60,000 nucleotides of DNA from Lama glama (lineage: Eukaryota): contig CM052817.1 of the NCBI GenBank assembly GCA_028534125.1, positions 56,918,001 to 56,978,000 of the forward strand, given 5' to 3'. A program made the position numbers and the translations under genes. Of the stretch, positions 12,977-24,790 are shown piece by piece. The first letter of the stretch is position 1. Every line of letters begins with the position of its first letter. The notes beneath the pieces are model-generated. The model saw only the letters and a program-made list of their open reading frames with translations, was not told the DNA's origin and did not search any database.

Positions 12977-14004
12977 TATAATGTTACATGTAAGCATAAG
13001 TTAACATTTTCAGATAGAAGAAAACTGGATAGTCCTTTCTTTTTGTAAGAATAGAGTCTCCACTCTCTCAACTTTCAAAATATAGCATCAGCCTTTCCAT
13101 TACCACTCTGTTATTCAAAGGACATAAACATTCTTAAGTTATGAGCTCAAAAGTCCAAATGATCTGGCGTGAACTTGAGGGTATAACCTTTAACCAAGTC
13201 AAAATCTATTGTCAAAACTCATTCAAAATCTCACCAGAAAGGTTGAATATACTATTATAACAGCCACCGTTTCTGAATACTTATATGTCAGATGCTTTAC
13301 ACGTGTTACCTTTAATGCTCATATAGCAAGGCAATATTGATTGATATTGATATGATATTGACACATGTCATTGGGCTTGTTTGTTTTATAGTCCCTTTTA
13401 TCCATAATTGTCCCCCTACCATTCAAACAGCAGCACTGGTTATCTATACATACTGCTCTTGGCTTAGCATTTGACATAGACTGAAAAATGAGTCAAACGC
13501 ATGGCTTTCAAGCACTATATAGACTTACAAATATTTAACAGAAACAATATTGAAATCCACAGTTTTTAATTGCAGGAATGAAGTGCTTGAGAAAAAAAAG
13601 TTTCTTTCTTTACTTTTTCCCTCAATCTCTCTGCCTCTGTCTCTCTTTCGCTCTCTCTCCCCTCCACCTCTATTCTTCCCACCCTCCCTCTTTCTTTTTT
13701 AAAAAATTCTAATCATTTGGCTTTACTTATCAAGAGCCAAATCCAATAGAACTCACAGATAAGAATTTATTCATTAACCATAGAGAAGGAACATAAAATA
13801 TGAAATGATACAACAGTCTTATTTCACTAGGATCATAAGCCTAAGATTTAGATGAGGTGAGACTGAAATGAGGTGGGAGATCCAGTTACCTCACCCCTCC
13901 ATCACCATCCAGAATTAATTTCAAGAGAAAAAAGTGGAGAAATGATAGAAACTGCAATGAATCAACAGGTATATTTTGAGAAATCACAGAGTATAAAAAA
14001 TAAT

Positions 14005-14420
14005 CATTGAATAAACAAAATGTGGTATAAACATACAATGAAATATTATTTAGTCTTAGAAAGGAAGGAAATTCTGGCACATGCCACAGCATGGATAAAG
14101 TTTGAGGACATTACACTAAGTAAATTAAGCCAGTCACAAAAAGACAAGTCCTATATTATCTCATTTATATGTGGTACTAAGGGTAGTCAAATTCAGAGAC
14201 AGAAAGTAAAATGTTAATTTCCAGGGGGCTTGGGGAAGGAGACGTGGGGAATTACTGCTTCACAAGTATAGAGTTTTAATTTTTCAAGATGAAAAGAATT
14301 CTGGACATGGATGGTTACACAACAGTGTGAATGCATTTTTAATTCAACTAAACTGCACACTTAAAAATAGTTAAGATGCTAATTCTATGTTATGTGTATT
14401 TTACCACAATTTAAAATTTT
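14005..14420 (+). mobile_element. Old L1 3' end (L1MB-like)
   Basis: ORF 14020-14217 MWYKHTMKYY...LSKLSQSQKDK; 3'UTR ending gttatgtgtattttaccacaatttaaaa. Confidence 0.88.
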
Positions 14421-15224
14421 AAGAATTTTTTAAGTAAGTATATAACTTTCCAGACTTCTTACCAGTTCCAGAGGGTCCTGCTCCTCTTCATTCATGCTAA
14501 TCCAATGCCCTGGAATCAGGACCAGGAACAACACCTGACGTCTACTCAGAAAGACAGATTTTTTCAGAACTCAGCAGTTACTGGGCACATTCTCCCCTGA
14601 CAGACAACCATGGACTGATCTACAGATTCTCTGCCACTGTGTGCTCTTCCCAGTAGGAAATCGAGTGTTAGTAATTTTAGGAAGTGTGACTTTCCGTGGC
14701 TACTTCTTGGCATAGCCAAATGAACCTCCAACATTAGTTTCTACAGTTGGGCCAGTTCCCCAAGAACCTCGGTCCACTTTCATTTAATGGTCCTCTCCTC
14801 TCTCCCAGTATCATTCTGCCTCAAGAGATCATCATACCTTATATCACACTTATGATCTCCAACATTACAAATTTTGGAAGCAAACACACATATACACAAT
14901 ATATACACATATGTGAATTGATGAGGAGTTTATTAATTGTGTAAATACAGTAAAATCTTTATGTGTTATAAGGGCATACTTACTGAATACTAATATACTT
15001 CCATGGATGGTTATAGTTTTCTGTTGTTTCTTAACTTTATATAACCATTGTGTGTTTTTTTTCAAGAAATAGCTAATGAGACTAATTTCCAGGGAACATG
15101 CTTTTGAAAATGGTATGTTAATGAAACATTATATTAATAAGGTCAGAAATTTTGAGTTTTATCTCTGAGGTCTTCAATCATCTGTGCTAAAAGCAAATGT
15201 GAATGTTGAGGTCCTGCTACCTTC

Positions 15225-15957
15225 TGTGAAGGTCTGTTATTTCTGCCTCCACAACTCCCATTCCTCCTCCTTCTGTTTTTTTTTTTTAATTTTTACTTTT
15301 TTGGGGGGTGGGGCTAGAGGGAGAGGGGAGGTAATAAGGTCTGTTTGTTTCTTTGTTTGTTTTAGAGGAGGTTCTGGGGATTGAACCCAGGACCTTGTGC
15401 ATGCTAAGCATGCACTCTACCACTTGAGCTATACCTTCCCCACCCCACTTCTAGAAACAATTACTTGGTTTCCCTTTGGAGAACCATCCTTACTCACAAA
15501 ATCAACCCACCCAGTTTGGATATGGTTTATTCTACCCTCAGTTTCAAGGACAGTCCCATGAATCAGCCCAGCCAATCAACATATTTTATCCTACCTGACA
15601 CAGAAATTGGGTCTGGGTGGGCACATGATAAAAGTCAAGCGGACTCTTAAGTTTTTTTTTTTTTGGCTGGAACTTTCAGGAAAGAAAAGCTCTTTTAACC
15701 AGGGTTGTTCAACTTGTAAGATATAAGTCTGAAGCTGCTCGGGGCAGCATACAGAGAAGGACAGTCTGAAAATAAAGTCTGCCCAGGAAAGCAGAGCCAA
15801 GTGGTAGAGTGTTCATGGACATATGTGAGTCATTGACTCTAGCTGAGGGCAACAACACCTAGGTTTCTCAGTTACATCAGTTATTTTTTTTCCCCTTTTT
15901 AGGCCATTATTAGTTGGGTATCAGTCACTTTTGAGCCAAAGAATCCTGATTAATGCA
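15225..15957 (+). mobile_element. MaLR LTR (MLT1J/K/L-like) interrupted by a SINE
   Basis: cagccaatcaacatattt...gggcacatga...gtttctcagttacat...gaatcctgattaatgca end. Confidence 0.7.
15276..15441 (-). mobile_element. Vic-1-type camelid tRNA-derived SINE
   Basis: Minus strand reads ggggaaggtatagctcaagtggtagagtgcatgcttagcatgcacaaggtcctgggttcaatccccag (A and B boxes), then C-rich tract and A tail. Confidence 0.88.
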
Positions 15958-16747
15958 CTACTCTAAATAGGTAGCACTGTTTCCCCGGTAATAAATAGCA
16001 CAGGTAGAGTGCTTTGGAAAAGTTAATTCATAGTGCTTAAGAGAAGTTAATTCACTTTCATGAATCTAGCCTTATATCCTTTATCCTAATTCTGGAGCAA
16101 AAATGTCACAGGATTATTAAGAAGGAAATCTCTTTCTTCTACAATCAAATGAACCCCAACTTCAGGTTTCAGCTTCTATTCCTTAATTTATTGAGGTCTC
16201 ACAACTTTTAAAGTGCTTTAAATTAAGATCCATTTTGTAAGCCTCATGAATCGTAATTAATCTTTACAAGCACCTGGAGATTCTTGGGTGCGAGACCAGA
16301 TAAAAGACAAAGCAACATTATTAAATAATTTCACCATTATTATTTTTTCAGGAGAAAATACAAGTATGAAAATCTTCAGGGAACATGATAATCAGGGAGA
16401 CAATAACGAAGAGCTGATTAAAAAGAAGCCTCTTTGTCCCTGCAAAAGAGAAAATCTTTGCAGAGTTTTTGGTGAATTCATGGTTCGTGCTTCATATCCC
16501 TTTACTCCCTGCAGACCGCTCCCTCCACCTCTCCAGCACAGACACACAGACCCCAGAGGAAGATTCTTTGTGCACGTTTGAATTAAGGGTTCTGAGGAGA
16601 ATATGTAACAGTACCTATACAATGATGGAAATGTAATGTCATGAGACACTTCTCCAAAAGAGAGCTGCCTGGCAGAGATGAACATTTTAAAACATCAAAC
16701 AATAGGGAAATCTCATAAATATCAGTTCTGACGACTCATTAGAAGCT

Positions 16748-16859
16748 AGAAAAAAGGAAATGACTGATTCTAGACAAATTGCTTTCTGGATATACACAGA
16801 AAAAAGGAAATGACTGATTCTTAAAAAAAAAAAAACTGCTCATTGGATATACACAGAAA
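16748..16859. repeat. Two-copy tandem duplication, about 50-57 bp unit
   Basis: agaaaaaaggaaatgactgattct at 16748 and 16798; tggatatacacagaaa in both copies. Confidence 0.9.
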
Positions 16860-16899
16860 TAGAGCATGACTTTGATTTGGTGGTGAATGGAAGTTGTCC

Positions 16900-17900
16900 T
16901 AAAACAAATTTAGGTAAAAAAAAGTTCCCAGCTTGGTGGGTGCATCTTTTGCAGCCCCATGACAGGATTAATTCCTGTGGTGTCACATCACTTCATATAA
17001 AGGTCAGGCTCAAGCGATAATGATAAAAGGACAGGTCATCTCCTAAGAATTAATGACTAGAGGGAAGGAATTGATGGCCTTTGGCTCTACCTTCAGCCAT
17101 TAACCCCAGCTGGCCATTAATCCTCAGGAGATGCCCTGTGTTGAGGATGTTATTGCTGTAATAAACTCTAAGTGAAGGAAACTGCACAGGCTCAAACACT
17201 GGCACGAGAAATTTAACTTAATGAATGATGCATTTTGAAAAACATATTCAAGATAATCAGACAAATAGTTGAGCTACATGTGACTTAGCCAGCTTGCATC
17301 CATCGGCTCCTTTTAGTTAGGTTAAAACTAACTCTACAAATGATGCCAAAGCTAGGCTCTGAGTCTGACTGGTTTTATATATGAGTGTTGTGATTGATAC
17401 TCCATTATTGTCAGTGTTCCTGATTAGTGCAGTATAATTACAAGGTTTATTGCTAATGTCAGTGAAATTACAGAGATTAGCTGCTAGCAGAGGGTTTTGC
17501 AGACATTTCCAAAGGTCTGTCCGCCCACTGACTAGTTGATGGAGTTGATATTTTGCTCCCCACCAAACAATTTGTAAAAGGGACCTGGACTATTCCACAT
17601 GCCTTTCTGACTGACATTTCCAGAACTATCTTCCTTATGCCTGAGGTGATAATTCCCCAAATTGGGTTTATGTGCTGGAAAAAAAAAAGTTGATCCTTAT
17701 AGGCTGCTTGAAATGCCATCTCTGCAGGGACTCATCTTGCAGTAATTCCAGAGTGACATGAAAGGATTAAAAGGTAAATAAAGGAATTGGGCATGCTCCA
17801 AAGTCAATTCATTCAAACAGCTACTTGTAGGAAAAACAAAAAGTAGAAGTAATACCATGTTGGGATTAACAGTGAGAAGTAAAATTATTTGAGGCATTGT
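16900..17900. promoter_or_regulatory. Putative enhancer-like non-coding block
   Basis: No recognisable repeats; GGATTA/TAATCC at 16965, 17118, 17764, 17863; AAAGGTCA at 16999; dense TAAT/ATTA. Confidence 0.35.
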
Positions 17901-18214
17901 AAGAGCAGTATTAGCAATAGAAAGAATTATCCTGGACCTAGATGTAAGATGTTAGCTGGAATTGGGAAACAACTCAAAAGTAATTTAGCTTCCTAACGGA
18001 CACCATTAAGTGATTTCTGCTAAGTGCTAATCTCTGATATGATTCACTTTCAAATCAATAAATCAGACCAGCTGTGCCCTCTCAAGACAAAAAAAAAAAA
18101 AAAAGCCTGTGATGAATCTATACATGGAGGAACTCTCAAATAGATAATGTCTAAATATCATAACATATTTTGTCTGGTGTTTTCTAAATTGCTATAATTT
18201 GTAAACTTTAAAGT

Positions 18215-18360
18215 AAGGTGCAAGAGAAGCATTTTTACCTCAATTTTAAAGATGAAGATGCTGTGACACAGTAATTGCTCAAGATTCCAAAGACAGAAAA
18301 TGAAAGAACCAAAATCTGAACCTAGGTCTTTCTAACTCCAAAGCCCATGTCCTTTTGCGC
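18215..18360 (-). mobile_element. MIR fragment
   Basis: attttaaagatgaagatgctg...aatctgaacctaggtctttctaactccaaagcccatg. Confidence 0.7.
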
Positions 18361-18399
18361 TGCCTCTTTAGAAATGACATTGATACATGACCTTTTTAC

Positions 18400-18810
18400 C
18401 TTAGTCTAGCCTATGACTCTTCATGACACAGCTCTAAAATATACCTTCAGTCTCATCTTCCAGGGTATCCTGAATATGTTCCAGCCAAGTGACTTCATGC
18501 TGTTCCCTGACTGTCCTTGTGAATCCTCCCATACCCACTGTCATCTATGAACACCTGACTCATCATTCAGTGCCCATATGCCTCCTTTTCCACAAAGCCC
18601 TTCCCAATATCCAGGCACCTTTTCACCATCTGACCACTCTCGTAGCATTACTGAGGCACTGACCTTTGACACACTTCTTATATCCTATTTATTTGTATAT
18701 GGAACATATTCACTATTAAATCATAAGCTTGTTGGAAATAGTAATTAATTATATTCCACCTTTATTCTCCATCATGACAACATCTTTCAAAATTAATGAA
18801 TGATGAATGC
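18400..18810 (+). mobile_element. L2 3' part, diverged
   Basis: cctgactcatcattcag...aagcccttccc...ends aattaatgaatgatgaatg. Confidence 0.6.
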
Positions 18811-20388
18811 TAATAGCTTTTTTTTATTTTCCAATTTGTATCTGTAAGGCAAAGGAAGATTCAACCTATAAAGTAATCATATATGACTACTCCTAGACTT
18901 TTTTAAGAAAATCTTTGATGATATCATTTGGCCTGAATCCTCCAAAATAAATTCTGGCACACTGACAAGGCCTTGAGTTCCCTGAGACTTAATGGCAATG
19001 TAATCACTGGTGTAGGCAATGATATGTATAAAAATGGTACTACAAGAATGACAAGAGGTAAACTTCTGCCAAGAAAACTTCAATAGGTGAACACCTAGAT
19101 GAATCCATACACATATAAACCTAATAGAACTAAGTCTAACATTGTATTAATCTTCTTAAAATGTTGTCAAAATGAATCTCAATCTGTATCTCTGAAAACC
19201 ACATCATCAAGCAGACACACGTCATCAGAGCTAATTAATTCAATTGAAACTCACAGTATGTAATATGTGGACATTCTCTAAATCATCCCACTTGTACCAA
19301 CGTTTCCCTTAACTAGCATTAAACAAACAAAAAATATAAATATTTCTCTGTATAGTTTGGCAAACTGTGTTTTCATCTTTTTATTAACAAGAAACAGAGA
19401 TCTAATGGGTCGGAAGTTGTCAGTAAATTTAAATCTATTTCTGTTAAGGATTTACTAAAGCAAGTCTGGTTATCATGTCAGGAAGGGAAGATATTTGCAG
19501 AACCACTTATGTTTTCCGAGAAAGAGTCTCATGTTGTTTCCAGAGTTGCTGATCCACTACCCAGTAACTTTGTTAGAATAGGTTTTCTTTTGGTAAAAGA
19601 AAGATCCTTTTGACATTATATCTCACCACCACCCCTCATATGTTGAATCTCCTCAATGAAAACAGCAAAAGTAAGTCCATTTATTCACAAACTATTTATG
19701 TGGCAGGCACCATGCTAACACTGAAATGTGTGTATGAATTGTAGCCCTTGATATCTTTTGGGAGAAGAGCAAAATAGCCTCATGTTCCCATCTGGAGTGT
19801 TTCATCTTCCTGCACAAGGAACTCCTGTCTTTAAGTGACATTGTGAGTCAGCACCACCCGCCCCAGCATAGAGCTCCTGTGTCACCTGCAGGTTATTCCC
19901 AAGGAAAGCAGTCCTAGTTCCTCTCTCATCCTGCTTCATAGAAGGAAGGCCCAAAGATGCCTCTAACTGAGGCTTTCTTAGCCCTAGACCCTCTCCACAA
20001 GCAGTGTGTGGCATGGTTCACTGCTTAACAAATAAAGACATTGAAGTTCAGCTCCACTTCCCTGTGACTCTGTGTAAATCAAAATTGGGTCATAAGTGCT
20101 GCCTCCTATAAAAAGCAATAGGTCAAGAAAACCATTTTATAACTTAATGTGAAGAAATAGACCCATGTTACCATGGCATTTATGAGAAAGGGGAACAAAA
20201 AGAAAACAGCATAAAAAGTACAAGGCAAGATTCTTATTAAAACAGAAGAGATTCTTGTGCCAACATGTTTTCATAGGAAAAAAAATGGTTTTTAATCATG
20301 TTTTTCCCTAAGAGAAGGAAGCACTAGAACATCCCTATGTGAACATTCCCTGGATGAGGGATGTATTCACTTGAGGTCAATCACAATT

Positions 20389-20908
20389 TGTAGGAGCAGA
20401 ATTTTTACCCTCTGCCACCGTATCTGAGTGAAATCAGGTTAAAATGAATGTCTGCAGCAGGCCTGAAGAGTACAATGTGTAAGAAAAGACCTTTATTTGC
20501 AGCTTGCAGAAGCAAAGGTGTACCACGTGATTTGACTAGGTCAAGCTTTACAAACTGATCAGATGCTTATAGGGGCCATAGATAAGTAATGGAAAGTGGG
20601 TAGGGAGTGCATGCCTAAATTCAACTTTATAAATCAGTCTGGAAGGTACATACCTCACCTGAGGCCCTGGTTTAGGATCACTGGAGTACATGACTTTCTG
20701 CAGAGGAGGATAAATGGGCTTGAACTTAGAGTCTTCACAGAACAAGCTGAAAAGTAACCTACTTCCCTCTAACAGCATACCTTTAGTGGGTTGATCTCTG
20801 TAAGTTCTGGGACCTCTAAAATCCTGGACCCTCGAGAACTTTTTGCATTGATTTGCTTTCCCCCATAGAGAGAAGACTTTATTTTGGCATTTCTGATGTC
20901 ATCCTACA
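20389..20908 (-). mobile_element. Solo LTR, family unassigned
   Basis: Terminal inverted repeats TGTAGGA...TCCTACA; minus-strand AATAAA near 20495 and TATA-like element near 20627. Confidence 0.55.
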
Positions 20909-21179
20909 AGTACTTATAAATATGCAAATCTTAAATACTGCTGGACACCAATATTCCATGGCTCAGTCTTACAAAGGCTGAGCCATTATCCTCACTGTGC
21001 TCACTGACAGTCTCATTTCAGGGGACCGTTTAGATGTATTCTCTGCTGAGAACAAGACTCCTCCATACCCAGGGAGCTGGCACATAAACGTGTGACTAGT
21101 CTCAAAAGTCTTGGATAGGAGAGAATCCGTGGATTTGAGTGAACAATTTTCTTTTAGGCCTCGTTCTAGACCTTTAGGC

Positions 21180-21375
21180 TACATTTTGCTCTATATTACA
21201 GCCTCCTTAAAACTCTGCTCTGCTGGGATTGTTTCATTTGTTTGTTTTTCTGGATTTCTTCTTTCTTCTTGGTCCTTCTGTGAATCCCTCATAAGATGTT
21301 TTTCCTCTAACTACCTATTAAACATTATGGTTCCCCAGGGTTCTGTTCTCAGTCCACAGCTATTCTGCACTCTTC
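21180..21375 (+). mobile_element. L2 ORF2 reverse-transcriptase remnant
   Basis: ORF 21111-21383 contains VPQGSVLSPQLF, matching the GVPQGSVLGPLLF RT motif. Confidence 0.75.
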
Positions 21376-21589
21376 CTATGTGAAAGGAAGGAAAAAATGA
21401 TGAGTCTGTACAAGAAGGTAAAAAATCTGTTTCCAGGAAGAGAGAGAGGGCTAACAATGTCCAAAGCTCATAATAGGAAAGCTGCTCAATGGTGTGAAAA
21501 GCAAAGGCGTGAGATTCCTGGAAGTAGCACAGCAACTGGGATCATGAAGGCTGTGCATTCCAACATCTGCTATAAAAGTTATAGTCACA

Positions 21590-21820
21590 GAGCTACCATG
21601 GATTGAGTCACTACCCATGACAAGCATTTAACATGCATTTTTATGTGTTATCAGATCATGTAACTACCAATTCAACCAGACATTATCCCCACTTATTCTG
21701 CAAAGGAACCTGAGACTCTTGAGATGTTAAGAAGTTTCACTAAGTAAGCCCTTTGGGTACAGTGGATAAGAGGGATGCATTTCGTGGCCTGGCTAAATCC
21801 AAAGCTGATTCTCCACATTA
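21590..21820 (-). mobile_element. MIR SINE
   Basis: cattatccccacttattctgcaaaggaacctgagactcttgagatgttaagaagttt. Confidence 0.6.
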
Positions 21821-23019
21821 CGCCCTGACAATCTCTCTGATGGTAAGAATTAATCTGTCTGGCTCAGCAGGTGAAATTTCTAGCAAGTGCTATCTCTGTG
21901 ATTCCAGGGGATTTCAGTAATAAGATTTTGGGGAGCATCATTATTAATTTTGAAAGGAGGCAAGTCTGTTTCTTTCATACTTTTACCCTTCTATCCTCTC
22001 CTATCTTTGGTAAAATCCCTTTACCTCAGTGAAGAGAGCTGATAATATTATTGGTCAAAACATAGAACTTTTATTGAACCAGGTTTTAAAAGTGACCTGG
22101 TTAACTCTGCTTTGCAATTTGATAAATTCTGATTATATTTTTCTTTTGCACCCCTGCTTCCATGTGATAAATTTGTCTGAGAATGGCTTGCTATCTAGAT
22201 TTGGGCAAAGTTATGGAAAGCTTGAGCCTAAGTAAGCAATGTGGCTGATCCAAAAGAGAACTTTGTCTGGACTTGGGTATTGTTTCTTACACTTGTAGAT
22301 TTTTGATAGGAAATCTCCAAGAGAGATGGGAGGTGGTAAAATTCCAAAGGCCTAAGAATGCCTAAGAATGTTGATGCTGTGTTAACACATATTTTTAAAT
22401 AACAGCATGAGTTTATAAACATGGAAATAAAGCAAGCCAGCTACAGTTGACAGGGGAGAGCAATTCTATACTGTTTCATTATGGATTTTCATATTCTAAG
22501 CCTAACATGGATTAGAAATCAGTCAAGCTATTTAAGAGTGCCCCCCTCCACCTCAAAGTAGCCACAATCCTTCTACTTTCCATGAGCTCTTTCCCCTGCG
22601 ATACCTCTCTTCATAGGAAACTGCTGCTTGCTTCCCCTGCCAATAGGGAAGAAAGCAAGCTTGGCAGACAGTGGCAGTTTTTACTGTCTTCCTCCAGCTA
22701 CCCCAGAGCCCGCAAGGGCCTGCTGAGTTTCTTGCACAACCACAAATTAGTATTACCCAGCCTTGAGGCAGGCAGACACACAGGGGAACCTGGGAAGGGA
22801 GGCACAGTGCTTCTGCTGCAGCAGTCAGGAGTTACAGTTTACCTGGTAAGAGTGTATCCACCTGGGACAAAGAGAGCACAGACTGCCATTAGCACTGGAC
22901 TGTCTGCAGCCAGAGTTCCAGCACTGCACTGCTAAGTCCAGATGAACACCACAAAGCAGCAGCTCCTTTGACTATTATAATATGTACAACACCAAGAAAA
23001 CAGCTTCTTCAAAATAGAT

Positions 23020-24790
23020 TTCTGTTAAGGACTCTGTTACCTGGATTTATCTGCTTTAACACTAGAGTTTTGACAGGTAGGTAGGATTCATACATTCCAG
23101 ACACCTACATGTAACCAAAATGTCATACTAGCAGTTTTCACTGACTAAGAAACAACAGATAGGAAAATCCAGTTTTCAAAGTCAATGACCAAGAACAGGT
23201 CTGATAACTCCAGATGGTATCTTGAAAATAAATAAACAATTAAATAAATAAATAGTTGGGAAAGGAAAGGTGGAAAAAAGATTTGGAGAGTATTTCTTTG
23301 CATAAAGCATGGTACTGTGAGCTCCACTCTACTGCCCCCAAGGAAATGGACTTGGTAAGAAGGCTATTTCTTCTCTTACCTCAAGTCTGGTGAGAGGATG
23401 TTCAAGGGAAACCTCTTGGAGAGTTTGAGATGTGCTCCCTGGAGTTTGGGGTGTACATGAGGGTGTCAGGTACAAGCCCGGGAATGCCTACAGAGGCTGG
23501 CCGAAGTAGCCTGTGTCAGCAGAGCAGAAGGCTTGTCTAAGCAGTAACTGCACAGGACCAGATGATGGCCAGCCAAAATGTGTCTATTATTTCCCTAGTG
23601 CTCTCATAACAAACTACCACAAGCTTGGTTGCTTAAAGCAACAGAAATTTATTCACTTACAGTTCTGAAAGCCAGAAGCCCAAATTCGAGTTGTCAGTAA
23701 GGCTGTGTTTTCTCAAAAGCCTCTAGGGAGAATCCTTCTATGCCTCTGACAGTTTCCAGCAACGCCAGGCATTCCTTGGCTTGTGGCTGCCTAACGCCAA
23801 TCTTTACCTCAGTCTTCACCTGGCCTTCTCCTCTGTGTTTCTTTTCCCTCTACCTTTATTTTATAAGGACATCTGTCCCCTAATAACCCAGGATGATCAC
23901 GTACCAAGATCCTTCACTTAATTACATCTGGAAAGACCCTTTTTTCCAAAAAAGAACATTCACCGATTCCAGGGGTTAGAATGTGGAGTATCTAAAAAGA
24001 CCCCCAAAAGGGGGTCACCATTCAACATTGGCCCATATGACGACTCTGCAGGAGTAAAATCTAAGCTGATTTTAAAGAAATCTTGACAAAACAGTTTCAG
24101 CCAGAGTACAGAGACAAAAATGGAGGGTCTTTGTAGAAGGGTACCCAGAAAGCCAGAGATAGAAAGTCAGAAGCAAGTGACTGGAGAGAAGTGCTGACTA
24201 TGTTATAGGAGTGGTCAGTGACTGGCTTAGACAGAGTTTCCAAAAACACTCACAGAGGCACCCAGGAGAGAAAGAGGTGAGCCAGGCCAGCAAGAAAAAT
24301 GCCAGTTGCTAACATCCTAGTCAGTGAGATTTTCCTGGATCCCATTCTGCTTTCTCCCTCCCTTGCTACAAACTGCCTGAGGAGACCAGAATCCTCAGTC
24401 AACAAGTTGAAAGAAGAGAACTGAGAGTGAGACAAAGGACCAAACCCCTTTTCCAAAGGCAAAGGCATCATTTGCAGCTGGTTCTCCCTGGAGAAGGGGT
24501 TCAGAAGTCTTATCTTTGAATGAAGACTGAAGAGTTAATCATGTGGGATTAGAAATTCTAATTCCTAAGCCATGGCTGTGTTTTCCATCTTAAACCGATC
24601 ACAGGATTTTACATTATGTAAGAATATTTAGAAAAATTCCGCAACTTCCTAAAATCTCATCCAGAAGCCCAGCAAGACTTTTCCTCGCTGAATACATTGT
24701 AAAGAAGCAGGGGAAATTAAAACAAACAATTGAGTTTTAGCCATCTTCTACTAGTTTTCTTTGGTCAAGGTACTAGTTAACTTCATAAAA
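23020..24790 (+). mobile_element. Ancient long LTR (LTR78-like), split by MLT1C
   Basis: 3' part ctaaaatctcatccagaag...gaagcaggggaaattaaaacaaacaattgagttt resembles recalled LTR78 3' region. Confidence 0.4.
23581..24028 (-). mobile_element. MaLR solo LTR (MLT1C-like)
   Basis: ataacaaactaccacaagcttggttgcttaaagcaacagaaatttatt...ggcattccttggcttgtggctgc...taattacatctggaaagacccttttcc. Confidence 0.9.

Noticed and set aside
15360..15441. tRNA-like sequence with A and B boxes
   Set aside because: It is the head of a SINE with tail, not a tRNA gene
22582..22935. 117-aa ORF in a GC-richer patch
   Set aside because: No recognisable domain or splice context; length is compatible with chance at higher GC
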